From contig OX597829.1 of NCBI GenBank assembly GCA_951406725.2, positions 45,694,001 through 45,758,000 on the forward strand: a stretch of 64,000 nucleotides of DNA, read 5' to 3'. The DNA comes from Octopus vulgaris. Its lineage: Eukaryota. The position numbers and the translations under genes were made by a program. This document shows positions 52,770-64,000 of this stretch, piece after piece. Within the stretch, counting starts at the first letter, position 1. Every line of letters begins with the position of its first letter. The notes beneath the pieces are model-generated. The model had not been told where the DNA came from. It saw nothing but the letters and a program-made list of their open reading frames with translations, and searched no databases.

Positions 52770-53440
52770 ATGACATTGTTCAGGATGATGATGATGAAAT
52801 TGATGGTGATAATGATGAAGTTGATGATGATGATGATAAAGTTGATGATGAAGTTGATGAAGTTGATGATGTTGATGATGATGATGATGTTGATGATGAT
52901 AATGATGATGAAGTTGATGATGATGAAGTTGATGATGATGAAGTTGATGATGATGATGATGATGATGATGTTGACGATGTTGATGATGATGTTGATGATG
53001 ATGAAGTCGATGATGATGATGATGAAGTTGATGATGATGATGATGATGAAGTTGATGATGATGAAGTTGATGATGATGAAGTTGATGATGATGATGAAGT
53101 TGATGATGATGATGATGATGATGATGAAGTTGATGATGATGATGATGATGATGTTGATGATGATGTTGATGATGATGATGATGATGATGAAGTTGATAAT
53201 GATGGTAGTGATAAGGGTAGTTTTTGAAAGGTGACACCGATGTGAGGATGATGGTAATGCTGCTGTTGCTGGTGCTGCTTTTGATGATGATGATGATGAT
53301 GATGATGGCAATGTTGATGGTGATGGTGGTAAGAGCTTTAATAATTATCAAGTCGATATTGATGATTACGAGGCAACTGCTTTTGATTACAGTGACAATG
53401 ATGATGATGATGATGATGATTGTAATGATGACAACAACAA
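52770..53440. repeat. (GAT)n tract with periodic GAAGTT interruptions
   Basis: Directly visible. Source of the poly-His/Met/Ile ORFs. Confidence 0.9.
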
Positions 53441-55639
53441 CACAATGAAGAGATAACGATGAGTTCAAGTCATAAACAGTCTCCTTATCTAACAATCAGT
53501 CATATTGACTAATTTAAAAATAACTTAATAACCACGATAATAAACGAACTTTGTTGCATAGGCCATTGATCTTAGCTTGCTGACTGAACAGATTAAATCA
53601 GAACTCTGCATATGATCGGGTCTGTTATGTTGTCATAGTAACCCTTTATCAGCATACACAAACCCTGAAATTCTTACCCAAGCTACAGTTTTAGTTGGGG
53701 GTAGGGAGAGATCTGTCCAGGTTGTTGGAATGTTTGGAGTATTGGGTGGAATCATCATCATCATCATCATCATCATTTAACACTTGCTTTCCATGCTGGC
53801 ATGGGTTAGACGGTTTGACTGGAGCTGGTAAGCTGCACCAGGTTCCAGTCTGATTTGGCATGGTTTCTTTGGCTGGATGCCCTTCCTAATGCCAACCACT
53901 CCAAGAGTTAATGGGTGCTTTTTACACACCACTGACAAGGATGCCAGTTACATGACACTGCCATTGGCCACTTGGCTTGACGGGCCTTCTCAAGCATGGT
54001 ATATTGCTAAAGGTGTTGGTCACTCGTCATCGTGTCCATGAGCCCCTTATTCAAAAATCATGCTTCACCACCTCATCCCCTGTCTTCCCGAGTCTATCAC
54101 AGGTTCCCCCCAAAGTTAGAGATTGGCACTTCTTTACATAGCTGTCCTCATCCATGTGTGTCACATGGCCATACCAGTGCAGTCATCTCTCATGCACACT
54201 TCATCTGATGCCTCTTATGCTCGGTTTTTTCTCAAAATGTTTACACTCTGTTGTACATGCACACTGACAATGTCTTACTGAAATGTCTTGCAGTTTTTGT
54301 TCCAACATTTTGTAACCCGAATTCAGCTTCCATATCTCCAAGGCCTGAAATTTTTGGAAAGTGGGTGGGGGTGGGGTGGGGGTGGGGGAGTCAATTAGAT
54401 TGACTCGAGTACGCAACTGGTACTTATTTTATTGAGCCCGAAAGGATGAAGAGCAAAGTTGACCTCAGCAGAATTTGAACTCAGAATGTGAAGACAGATG
54501 AAATACTGCTAAGCATTTCTCCTGGTGTGGTAACATTTCTGCCAGTTCGCTACCTTCAATAATAATAATAATAAGAAGAAGAAGAAGAAAAAGAATGTCC
54601 TATATTAGGACGTAGAAGTTTCTAAAATATAACATCTAATAATGGTCAGGAGTTGTGACAGACAAGCAGATAGTATCAGCAATGTTTTTTTTTTAAAAGG
54701 CAAAAAAAAATGGAAATATAGTTTGTTTGGTTCAGTCAGAGAACTGGCATCCAATACATATTATATATGTATGGATACATGTGTGTGTTTGTTTCTGTGT
54801 ATTTACATATGTGTGTATATATGCAGGTACTTATGAATACATGTATATAAGCATGTTTTGAGGGGTAAGGTTAAATGGTTCCAGACAATAGAGAACCCAA
54901 TAGAAAACTACAGTGTCCAAGAATTTAAATGCAGAATTTACTAGTGATGGTTAATGAAGAATTTGGAGGATGTCTAGACATACAAGAATACATACATAAA
55001 ACAAAACATATAAATCTGCTCATATACATACATATATGCATATAAAAATACCTTGTTGATGTTGAAATTCCATTGAGGGAGGAGCCTTGGGTCTAAGAAA
55101 CCAGCTCTTTCTCTATTGGCAAGAAATCTTGAAATAAGACTGAAATAATGACATACATACATTCATACATACATACATATATCCATACATATGTGCACCC
55201 ATACATACATATATACGCAAACCCATACATACATACATGCACTCATATATACATACATGCATTCATTCATACATACATACATACATGCATACATATATAC
55301 ATACATGCGCCCATATATACATACATGCATACATACATACATATATACATACATGCATATGTACATGCACAGATACATACATACATGCACCCATACATAC
55401 ATACGTACATATATACATACACTCACATGCATACATACATACATACATTTTACTCTGTTGGTTATCATGGCATGTGTTCCAGTTGATCCAATTAACAGAA
55501 CAGCCTGCTCATGAGATTTATGTGCAAGTGGCTCATTTATTATACAGCCTGCATGACTCAGAATTGCATAGCCACAAATTTCCTTCGTCACATTACCTCT
55601 AAGATTTTGGTTTTCCAGTATTCAGATAACTCTGTCAGA

Positions 55640-56008
55640 AGTTAGTTAATTTTTGGGCTCAAAAAGCAAAAAGCAAGGCCATATAGGGGGACATGGAGTT
55701 ATGTACAGGCTGGTGCTCATGTAAAGAGTTCAAGCCACTTGTGGTCAAGGGAGACTTTGAACAAAGCGGTCGTCGGCATCTTCACCATCTCGTCTGGCAG
55801 CTTATTCCACGGATCCGCAACCCGGACGGAGAAAGCTCCTCTCCTTCGATTGAGATGAAATCGTCGCAGATAGAGCTTTTCGGAATGACCCCCGCAGCCC
55901 ATGCTCTGGAGCAGGAGTGAAGAACAGCTCTTTCGAGAGGTTACACTTCCCGCTTATGATGTTGTGAGCGAGAATGAGATCACCACGGCGGTGGCATTTT
56001 TCTAGAGA
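55640..56008 (-). mobile_element. CR1-clade LINE 3' fragment
   Basis: Close reverse-complement match to 24384-24753. Confidence 0.9.
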
Positions 56009-56719
56009 AGTAATTCTTATTCCTTCATATTGTTTTGAATTTATCCTGAATATATCTTGTTGCTTTTAGATTTCAATAAGGTTTTACTGCTTATTCTCAG
56101 AATAACAATGTAAACTAGGAATGAGATTCTGGATAGAACCAGTTTAAACATAAAATAAGTAGAATATTAGGGCCAGATATACTCCCTTTTTACTCTTTTA
56201 ATTGTTTCAGTCATGTGACTGTGGCCATGCTGGAGCACCGCCTTTAAGTTGAGCAAATCGACCCCAGGACTTATTCTTTGTAAGCCTAGTACTTATTTTA
56301 TCGGTCCCTTTTGCCGAACTGCTAAGTTACGGGGATGGAAACACACCAGCATCGGTTGTCAAGCAATGTTGGCAGGGAAAATCACAGACACCCAAACACA
56401 CACATACATATATACGATGGTCTTTTTTCAGTTTCCATCTACCAAATCTACTCTCAAGTCTTTGGTCAGCCTGTGGCTATAGTAGAAGGCACTTGCCCAA
56501 GGTGCCACGCAGTGGGACTGAACCTGGAACCATGTGATTCGTAAGCAATTCATTTACCACACAGCCACTCCTACGCCTGACCAGTTTAAATGCTAAAGAG
56601 TTAAACCCTTTAGTCTACTATGTATAGGACATCACTGAGAGGGAGCTGGTCAAGCATGTCCACAATATCACCAAGGACGTGGAGGCATAATGGTCAACAT
56701 GGATATAAATCAGCTGATC

Positions 56720-57105
56720 TGTGGAGGCGCAATGGCCCAGTGGTTAGGGCAGCGGACTCGTGGTCATAGGATCGCGGTTTCGATTCCCAGACTGGGCGTT
56801 GTGAGTGTTTATTGAGCAAAAACACCTAAAAGTTCCACGAGGCTCCGGCAGGGGATGGTGGTGATCCCTGCTGTACTCTTTCACCACAACTTTCTCTCAC
56901 TCTTACTTCCTGTTTCTGTTGTACCTGTATTTCAAAGGGCCGGCCTTGTCACTCTCTGTGTCACGCTGAATATCCCCGAGAATTACGTTAAGGGTGCACG
57001 TGTCTGTGGAGTGCTCAGTCACTTACACGTTAATTTCACGAGCAGGCTTTTCCGTTGATTCGGATCAACTGGAACCCTCATCGTCGTAACCGACGGAGTG
57101 CTTCC
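56720..57105 (+). mobile_element. Full-length SINE family E, tail variant 2, 13-bp TSD
   Basis: TSD aaatcagctgatc at 56707-56719 and 57106-57118. Same tRNA head as 30086. Confidence 0.85.
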
Positions 57106-57407
57106 AAATCAGCTGATCGATGTATTTAGTGATTTCAGAAGACATATTGAAGCAGTAATCAAAGCTGATGGTGGTTTCATTGAAAAGGTTTCTTTTTTTT
57201 TTTAATGTGTATTCAAGTATATGTATTGTGAGTTCTATAAAGAAGATTTATTGGTTTTTCTCTTATAAATATTTTTGTTGTGGCTGTGTGGTAAGAAGCT
57301 TGCTTCCTAACCACATAGTTCTGGGTTCAGTCCCCACTAAAGATAAGATAAAATACTGCTAAGCATTTCTCCCGACATGCCAACATTTTTGCCAGCTTGC
57401 CACCTTC

Positions 57408-57445
<38 letters not shown>

Positions 57446-57565
57446 TAATAATAATAATAATAATGATAACAATAATAATAAAAATAATAATAATAACAAT
57501 AATAATAATAATAATAATAACAATAATAATAAAAATAATAATAATAACAATAATAATAATAATAA

Positions 57566-58020
57566 TACAGCAAATATTCTGCTCAATACCACAGATTTGC
57601 TTGTCAGTTGTTTGACCTTAACCAGTTGAGCATGTCCCTTAGTGGCTGACGATATGTGCATCTCTGATCACAAGCAGAAGTAGTGGGGGAGCATCATAGC
57701 CATGTGTTGAGAGGGATTCTTTGAGGTTTGAATAATTCACCCTTGGAAACATGGGTCTTTTGTTCAACATCCTTAAACAACCCTTATTCAGGGACCTTTT
57801 GAGCGGGATGGGCTACTCAACCTGAAGACATTTCTAACTGGGCTCCACCTGCAAGGTCATGAGCTGTTTATCTTGATATGAGATCACCATGTCGCGCACA
57901 TATGGTTGTGATGCATGTGCCTGGTGTACCCTTATCAGACGGGTAGTCATGATGGGTATACTGGGCTTCGTATATTTTACCCCAGTGTCACTTTGATGGC
58001 ATGCACTGCTCTCTCACTCA
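57566..58020 (+). mobile_element. Insertion of about 455 bp within an (AAT)n tract, probable non-LTR 3' end
   Basis: Complex sequence bounded by AAT repeats on both sides and absent from the paralogous site at 54560-54600. Orientation is inferred. Confidence 0.5.
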
Positions 58021-59689
58021 ATAATAATAATAGTAATGTCCTGTATTAAGATGTAAAAATCTCTAAAATATAACATCTAACAATGGCCTGGTTGATGTTC
58101 AGCCAGCCAGAAAGATGGGAATGTGATCATAAATCTCCTCTTTAGTTTTCTTCTGTTCATAATATGAGATGTTTTTTGAGCCCTCATCAGATACATAATC
58201 TATGAACCATCAAGATGGGTTTGGATTTCCTCTTTTATAGTTCCGTGAAGAATTTTTGTCTTCATAGATTTAGTTGTTGCTTGTGTGGTTAAGAAGCTTG
58301 CTTCCCAACCACGTGGTTCCAGGTTCAGTCTCACTACATGGCACCTTAGGGAAGTGTCTTCTAAGCCCTGTGAGTGGATTTGGTAGACGGAAACTGAAAG
58401 AAGCCCATCATGTATGTAAAGACCCCTTTGATAATGAATGACCTTGTGATTGCAGCTAGAAAGTTCCCCTCCGAGGCACAAGTCCAGGCAAGGTTGTTTA
58501 TGGAATACCAGCCATCGTCCATGCATACCAGCCTCGCCTCTCCATGCCACCAATATTATCCAAGAGACAGGCAAAGGCTGATACAGCTTGGCACCTATGA
58601 CATCAAGCTGGCAGAATCATTAGCACGCCGGGCAAAATGCGTAGCTGTATTTCATCTGCCGTTACGTGTTCTGGGTTCAAATTCCGCCGAGGTCGACTTT
58701 GCCTTTCATCCTTTCGGGGTCGATAAAATAAGTACCAGTTACATTCTGGGGTCGATGTAATCGACTTAATCCCTTTGTCTGTCCTTGTTTGTCCCCTCTA
58801 TGTTTAGCCCCTTGTGGGTAATAAAGAAATATATGACATCGCAACTCATTTCTACAGATGAGTTAACTGGAGTAACGTGAAATAAAGTGTCTTGCTCAAG
58901 AACAAAATACATAGCCCTGTCTGGGAATTGAACTCACTACTTCATGATTGTGATGCTCTAACCACTGAGTCATGCACCTTCACTGTGTTTGTGCACGTGT
59001 GGTTATATGTCTGCAAGTGTGAAACAGCTTCCGTGACAGTATAACAAGCGACACCATCATGTTAGTGGTGTACTTTGTTTTTTAATCTCCTGTGCAAGCA
59101 TGTCTGACCCTGGGGTAGATGGAATTTGGGGGAATATTACCTTGCCTGAAAAACAAAGTAAAGATTAGTAACAGGAAGGGCATCTGGCTGGGCCATAGAA
59201 AAATCTGTTTCATCAAATCGCATCTGACAATGCGAGCATGGAAAAGTTGACTTTAACCCTTCAGCATTTTTAGCATTTAAACCGGTCTTATCCGGCCTGA
59301 ATATTTTACCTGTCTCATGCTCAAGCTGGCTAGATCTGGCTCCTCACACCTATCCTGCAATGCCAGTCTGAAAATAAACAAACACATAATTGAAATCTCG
59401 AAGCTATGAGATAGAGATAATGCATGATTAATTCAAAACGCGTCTGGCACCTGTGCAGGTGGCACGTGAAAAGCACTCACTACACTCACGGAGTGGTTGG
59501 CGTTAGGAAGGGCATCCAGCCGTAGAAACACTGCCAGATTAGACTGGGCCTGGTGCAGCCTTCTGGCTTCCCAGACCCCAGTTGAACCGTCCAACCTATG
59601 CTAGCATGGAAAGCGGACACTAGATGATGATGATGATGATGATGAGAATAAATAAGTATTACTTTAGACGGAGAAAGGGTTTACGTGAC

Positions 59690-60630
59690 CATAACGATGA
59701 TGACGACGATGATGATGATAGTCCAAATTTTGGACCATTCTGCCACTGTTATCCTTGCTATGGTAACCACTAGTACGACTATCACTATACACCACTCTTG
59801 TCATCAGTGACACTACCACCAGCATCACCATGACCATCACCACTGCTGCCACCTCCACTGTTACTACCATTACAAAGTTCATCTTCACTGCTAATACCAC
59901 AAATATTATCACTGCTACAACCATCTCTGTTGCCTACACCTTACGACCACTGCCACCACCACCACCACCACCACCACAAACTTCACTACCATTAGCACTA
60001 CCCTCAGCAGTAACAGCACCATCATTATTACCATCACTGTTACTACCAACTATGATCATTACCACCTATACCACTTGCTGCTACCACCACCACTATGACG
60101 ATGACCACCACTATCACCACCACCACCACCACCACCACAAACTTCACTACCATTAGCACTACCCTCAGCAGTAACAGCACCATCATTATTACCATCACTG
60201 TTACTACCAACTATGATCATTACCACCTATACCACTTGCTGCTACCACTACCACCACTACGACGATGACCACCACTATCACCACCATCCCCACCATCACC
60301 ACTACCACTACTATGACCATCGCCACCGCTACCACTATCACCATCCTACACTTACCTCTGTTACCTGCACTGCAAACTTCATCACTACCATTATTAATAC
60401 CAATGCCATTAGCAGCAAGAACAACATCTTCTGCTGCAGCAGCAACAACAACAGCAGCACCAGAAGCTGCAGTCCTTTGCCGCCACTAATGCCATCATTG
60501 CTAATTTCACTACCACAAGCAGTACCAATGCCACCATCGTCTACCGTTACCAGCAGTACATATTTCACCACCACCACCACCATCACCACCACCATCACGA
60601 CTGTTACTGCTGCTGTTGTTGTTGCCGTTG
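59690..60630. repeat. CAC/CAT/TAC-rich low-complexity region with a 161-bp tandem duplication
   Basis: acaaacttcactaccattagcactaccctcagc at 59976 and 60137. Confidence 0.85.
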
Positions 60631-61994
60631 CTATGATCGGAACTGAATGGCAGATTGTCCTTCTCTTCTCTTCTCTGTGTCTTGGTGTAGCTACTAACTA
60701 CACCAAGTTACTGCTATGACTATGTTTGCGGTGCCTCACCTAGCCTCCACCACCTCATCCCCCCTCCCACTTTCTTACCAATACTCTGCAACCTTGTCTT
60801 TGCTGAAGAGAAGGTTGCAGAAGACCGGGGTAGTGCTGGTGACTGGAGTATTGTCCGGGAAGAATTTGAACTATGACCTGACAACAAACTGTCAATATTA
60901 TATGTGTGTGTGTGTATATGTATATATATATATATAATAATAATAATAAAGGGTAAAATTAATTAATTAATTAATTAATAATTAATAATTTTACCAAGTA
61001 GTTCGGCATGTTAAAAGAACCATTATCGGTAAACTTAAACAATAATTTTTATAATTGAGTATAATTATAATTAGGGTTCAGCAAAAAATTTGCTTCACCA
61101 AATACTGAAATAGCTAGTTTTTGGGCTGCTATTTCTAAATTTCGGTATGTGGTGAAGCAAATCTCTTTGCTGAACCCTAATACTCATAATTATAAAAATT
61201 ATTATTATTATTTTATATATATATATATATTTTACTCTTTTACTCTTCTACTTGTTTCAGTCATTTGACTGTGGCCATGCTGGAGCACTGCCTTTAACCG
61301 AGCAACTCGACCCTGGGACTTATTCTTTTGTAAGCCCAGTACTTATTCTATCGGTCTCTTTTGCCGAACCGCTAAGTAACGGGGACATAAGCACACCAGC
61401 ATCGGTTGTCAAGCAATGCTAGGGGGACAAACACAGACACATAAACATATACGCACATACATATATATACATATATACGACGGGCTTCTTTCAGTTTCCA
61501 TCTACCAAATCCACTCACAAGGCTTTGGTCGGCCCGAGGCTATAGTAGAAGACACTTGCCCAAAGTTGCCACGCAGTGGGACTGAACCCAGAACCATGTG
61601 GTTGGTAAACAAGCTACTTACCACACAGCCACTCCTACGCCTATCATCATCATCATCATCATCGTTTAACGTCTGTTTTCCGCGCTACCACGGGTTGGAC
61701 GGTTCGACCGGGGTCTGGGAAGCCAGGGGCTGCACCAGGCTCCAATCTTGATCTGGCAGAGTTTCTACAGCTGGATGCCCATCCTAATGCCAACCACTCC
61801 ACGAGTGTAGTGGGTGCTTTTTACGTGCCACCTGCATAGGTGCCAGAGGGGTCCGGCATCGGCCACGATTGGTTGGAGCTTTTAACGTGCCACCGGCACG
61901 GAAGCCAGCCAAGGTGGCGCTGGCAACAGCCACGTTCGGATGGTGCTTTTTATGTGCCACCGCCACAGAAGCCAGTCTGGGCGGTGCTGATATA

Positions 61995-62498
61995 TCTATA
62001 TATATAAAACTCTAGTTGTGTGAGTGTCTGTCCCCTTCGATTTAGATTCCTAACTCCTCCCACTTTTTGCGGTGCAGTTTAACCAAATTCGGGTATCTTA
62101 TAGTCATGATTCATATCGAGCCCGTCTGGCTATTAGCGCGCGTCAACGATGAGTCTACGATTTAAAAAATAATTTAACATCATTTTTTATTCCATTTTAA
62201 TGCATAAAATGCATCGTATGTCGATGGCGGCAGAGTTGGCGTCCACGCTCACAGCTGCACCTGTTTGCTTCTCCCCTTCCCTCCCTCGTGAAGCTGTGGG
62301 GAAGGGAGTGTAAAGAAATCAACGTCGTAATGCGTTGTGAAGGAGACCAGCGTTCTTTTAGAACAACGACTTCATGGCTTGAAGACACCAAAACAAAAAT
62401 GGCTAAGAAAGCCGAATTTATAAGGGAAGTAACTCTCTAAAAATGCTTATATAGTTATTTCCCTTACAAACCCGAGCAACGCCGGGCGATACTGCTAG
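61995..62498 (+). mobile_element. Non-autonomous Helitron with an alternative internal segment
   Basis: A|TCTATATATATAAAA ... cccgagcaacgccggg ... CTAG|T. Confidence 0.85.
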
Positions 62499-62985
62499 TA
62501 TATATATAATACCATATTGATGCCATAACCACATCATCATAATCACTGCATCAACAGCATCTGCTGCTACTGCTGCTGCTACTGCTGCTGCTAGTGTATA
62601 TTTTAACATAATTTTATATATGTGTACATGTATGTGTCTGTGAATGCATATATATATCTATATCTATATTATGGCTGTGTGGTAAGAAGCTTGCTTCCTT
62701 TACAAATAGTTCCAGGTTCAAATAGTTCCATTGTGTGGCACCTTGGGCAAGTGTCTTCTACAACATGAAGCCTTGGGCCAGCCAAAGCCGCCATCACTTG
62801 ACAGCTGATGCTGTTGTGATTATGTCTCCGTAACTTTGCGGTTCAGCAAAAGACACCGATAGAATAAGTGCCAGGCATTTAAAAATGAGTACTGTTGTTG
62901 ATACGTTCGACTAAAAAAAATTCTTCCAGGTGGTGCTACAGCATGGCCTCAGTCTAATGACTGAAACAAGCAAAGGGATGAAAGG

Positions 62986-63044
<59 letters not shown>

Positions 63045-63260
63045 AACTCCTTTATTCTTTTATTTGTTTCAGACATTTCCATGTGCCCATGCTGGAGCAC
63101 CAACTTTAGCCAAGTATTTTGACCCCAGGAATTATTCTTTGGAGGCCTGGTACTTATGCTATCAATCTCTTTTAACGAACAGCTAAGTTACAAGAATGTA
63201 AACACACCAACATTGGTGGTCAAGCGATGGTGGGGGGGATAAACATAGAAACACACACAT

Positions 63261-63304
<44 letters not shown>

Positions 63305-63516
63305 ATATATATGACTGGCTTCTTTCAGTTTCTGCCTACCAAATCCACTCATAAAGCTTTGGTTGGCCCAAAGCTATAGTAGAAGGCACCTGCCCATGGT
63401 GCCATGCAGTGGGACTGAACCCGGAACCAAGTGGTTGGTAAGCAAGCTACTTACCACACAGTTACTCCTGCACCTATAAATATATATATGTATTTACACA
63501 TATGTATATATATATG

Positions 63517-63571
<55 letters not shown>

Positions 63572-63780
63572 GTATATATGTATATATATATATATATACA
63601 TGTATGCATATGTATATATATATATATATTTCATTTGAGTTTGAGTCCATGCTCAGGCCAAGTCGAAGACTCCACCCTATAATCAATCCAAACAAGAAGA
63701 AGCAAGAAAAAACAACAATGTGAGGACGTGGAACAAGTACTGTGTTATTCAATGCTCAGGAAAGGAAACAAAAGAAAGAG

Positions 63781-63817
63781 GATTTTACGTTTCGAGCAGG
63801 GCTCTTCATCAGAAATC
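63781..63817 (-). ncRNA. Minimal type-I hammerhead motif, family 2, canonical core
   Basis: gattt-CTGATGA-a-gagc cct gctc-GAAA-cg-TA-aaatc, within an element of about 220 bp (63630-63847) flanked by (TA)n. Confidence 0.7.
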
Positions 63818-63844
63818 TAGTAAGAGTCTAAAGAAGGGAAGACA

Positions 63845-63889
<45 letters not shown>

Positions 63890-64000
63890 GGTATGTGTAT
63901 ATGTGTAAGTGAAGGCGCATGGCTCAGTGGTTAAAGCGTCAAGCTTACGATCGTGAGGTTGTGAGCACGAATCCCGGACCGGGCTGCGTGCTGTGTTCTT

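Noticed and set aside
52734-53495. 253-aa His-rich ORF (also 38998-39570 and 59830-60719)
   Set aside because: Translations of trinucleotide tracts that are open in several frames and on both strands. No splice or domain support.

Overview
AT-rich, repeat-saturated eukaryotic DNA. The SINE/LINE content and the dense (TA)n, (AAT)n and (GAT)n microsatellites resemble an octopus genome; this is an inference from recalled repeat families, not a database result. Most ORFs in the track are artefacts of microsatellites and SINEs. Host coding sequence appears limited to one + strand gene with very long introns. It has three phase-compatible exons (28236-28347, 34746-34862, 38107-38553), the last encoding a farnesoic-acid-O-methyltransferase-like (Methyltransf_FA) domain, plus a candidate 21-nt microexon at 47076-47096. 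The rest is mobile DNA: several tRNA-derived SINE families, RTE and CR1 LINE relics (one RTE carries a PHD finger after its RT core), non-autonomous Helitrons, Helentron-like elements, mariner/hAT/piggyBac/Merlin-like MITEs and a 14 x 93-bp satellite made from a SINE 3' end. The most notable unannotated signal is a set of short elements embedded in (TA)n tracts, mostly fold-backs. Several carry minimal type-I hammerhead ribozyme motifs in three distinct sequence families, two with a U4C core change, consistent with Penelope-like or retrozyme-like elements. There is also a TSD-flanked ~405-bp bipartite RTE-derived element with a possible HDV-like ribozyme at its 5' end. Coordinates were read by eye and repeat boundaries are approximate.
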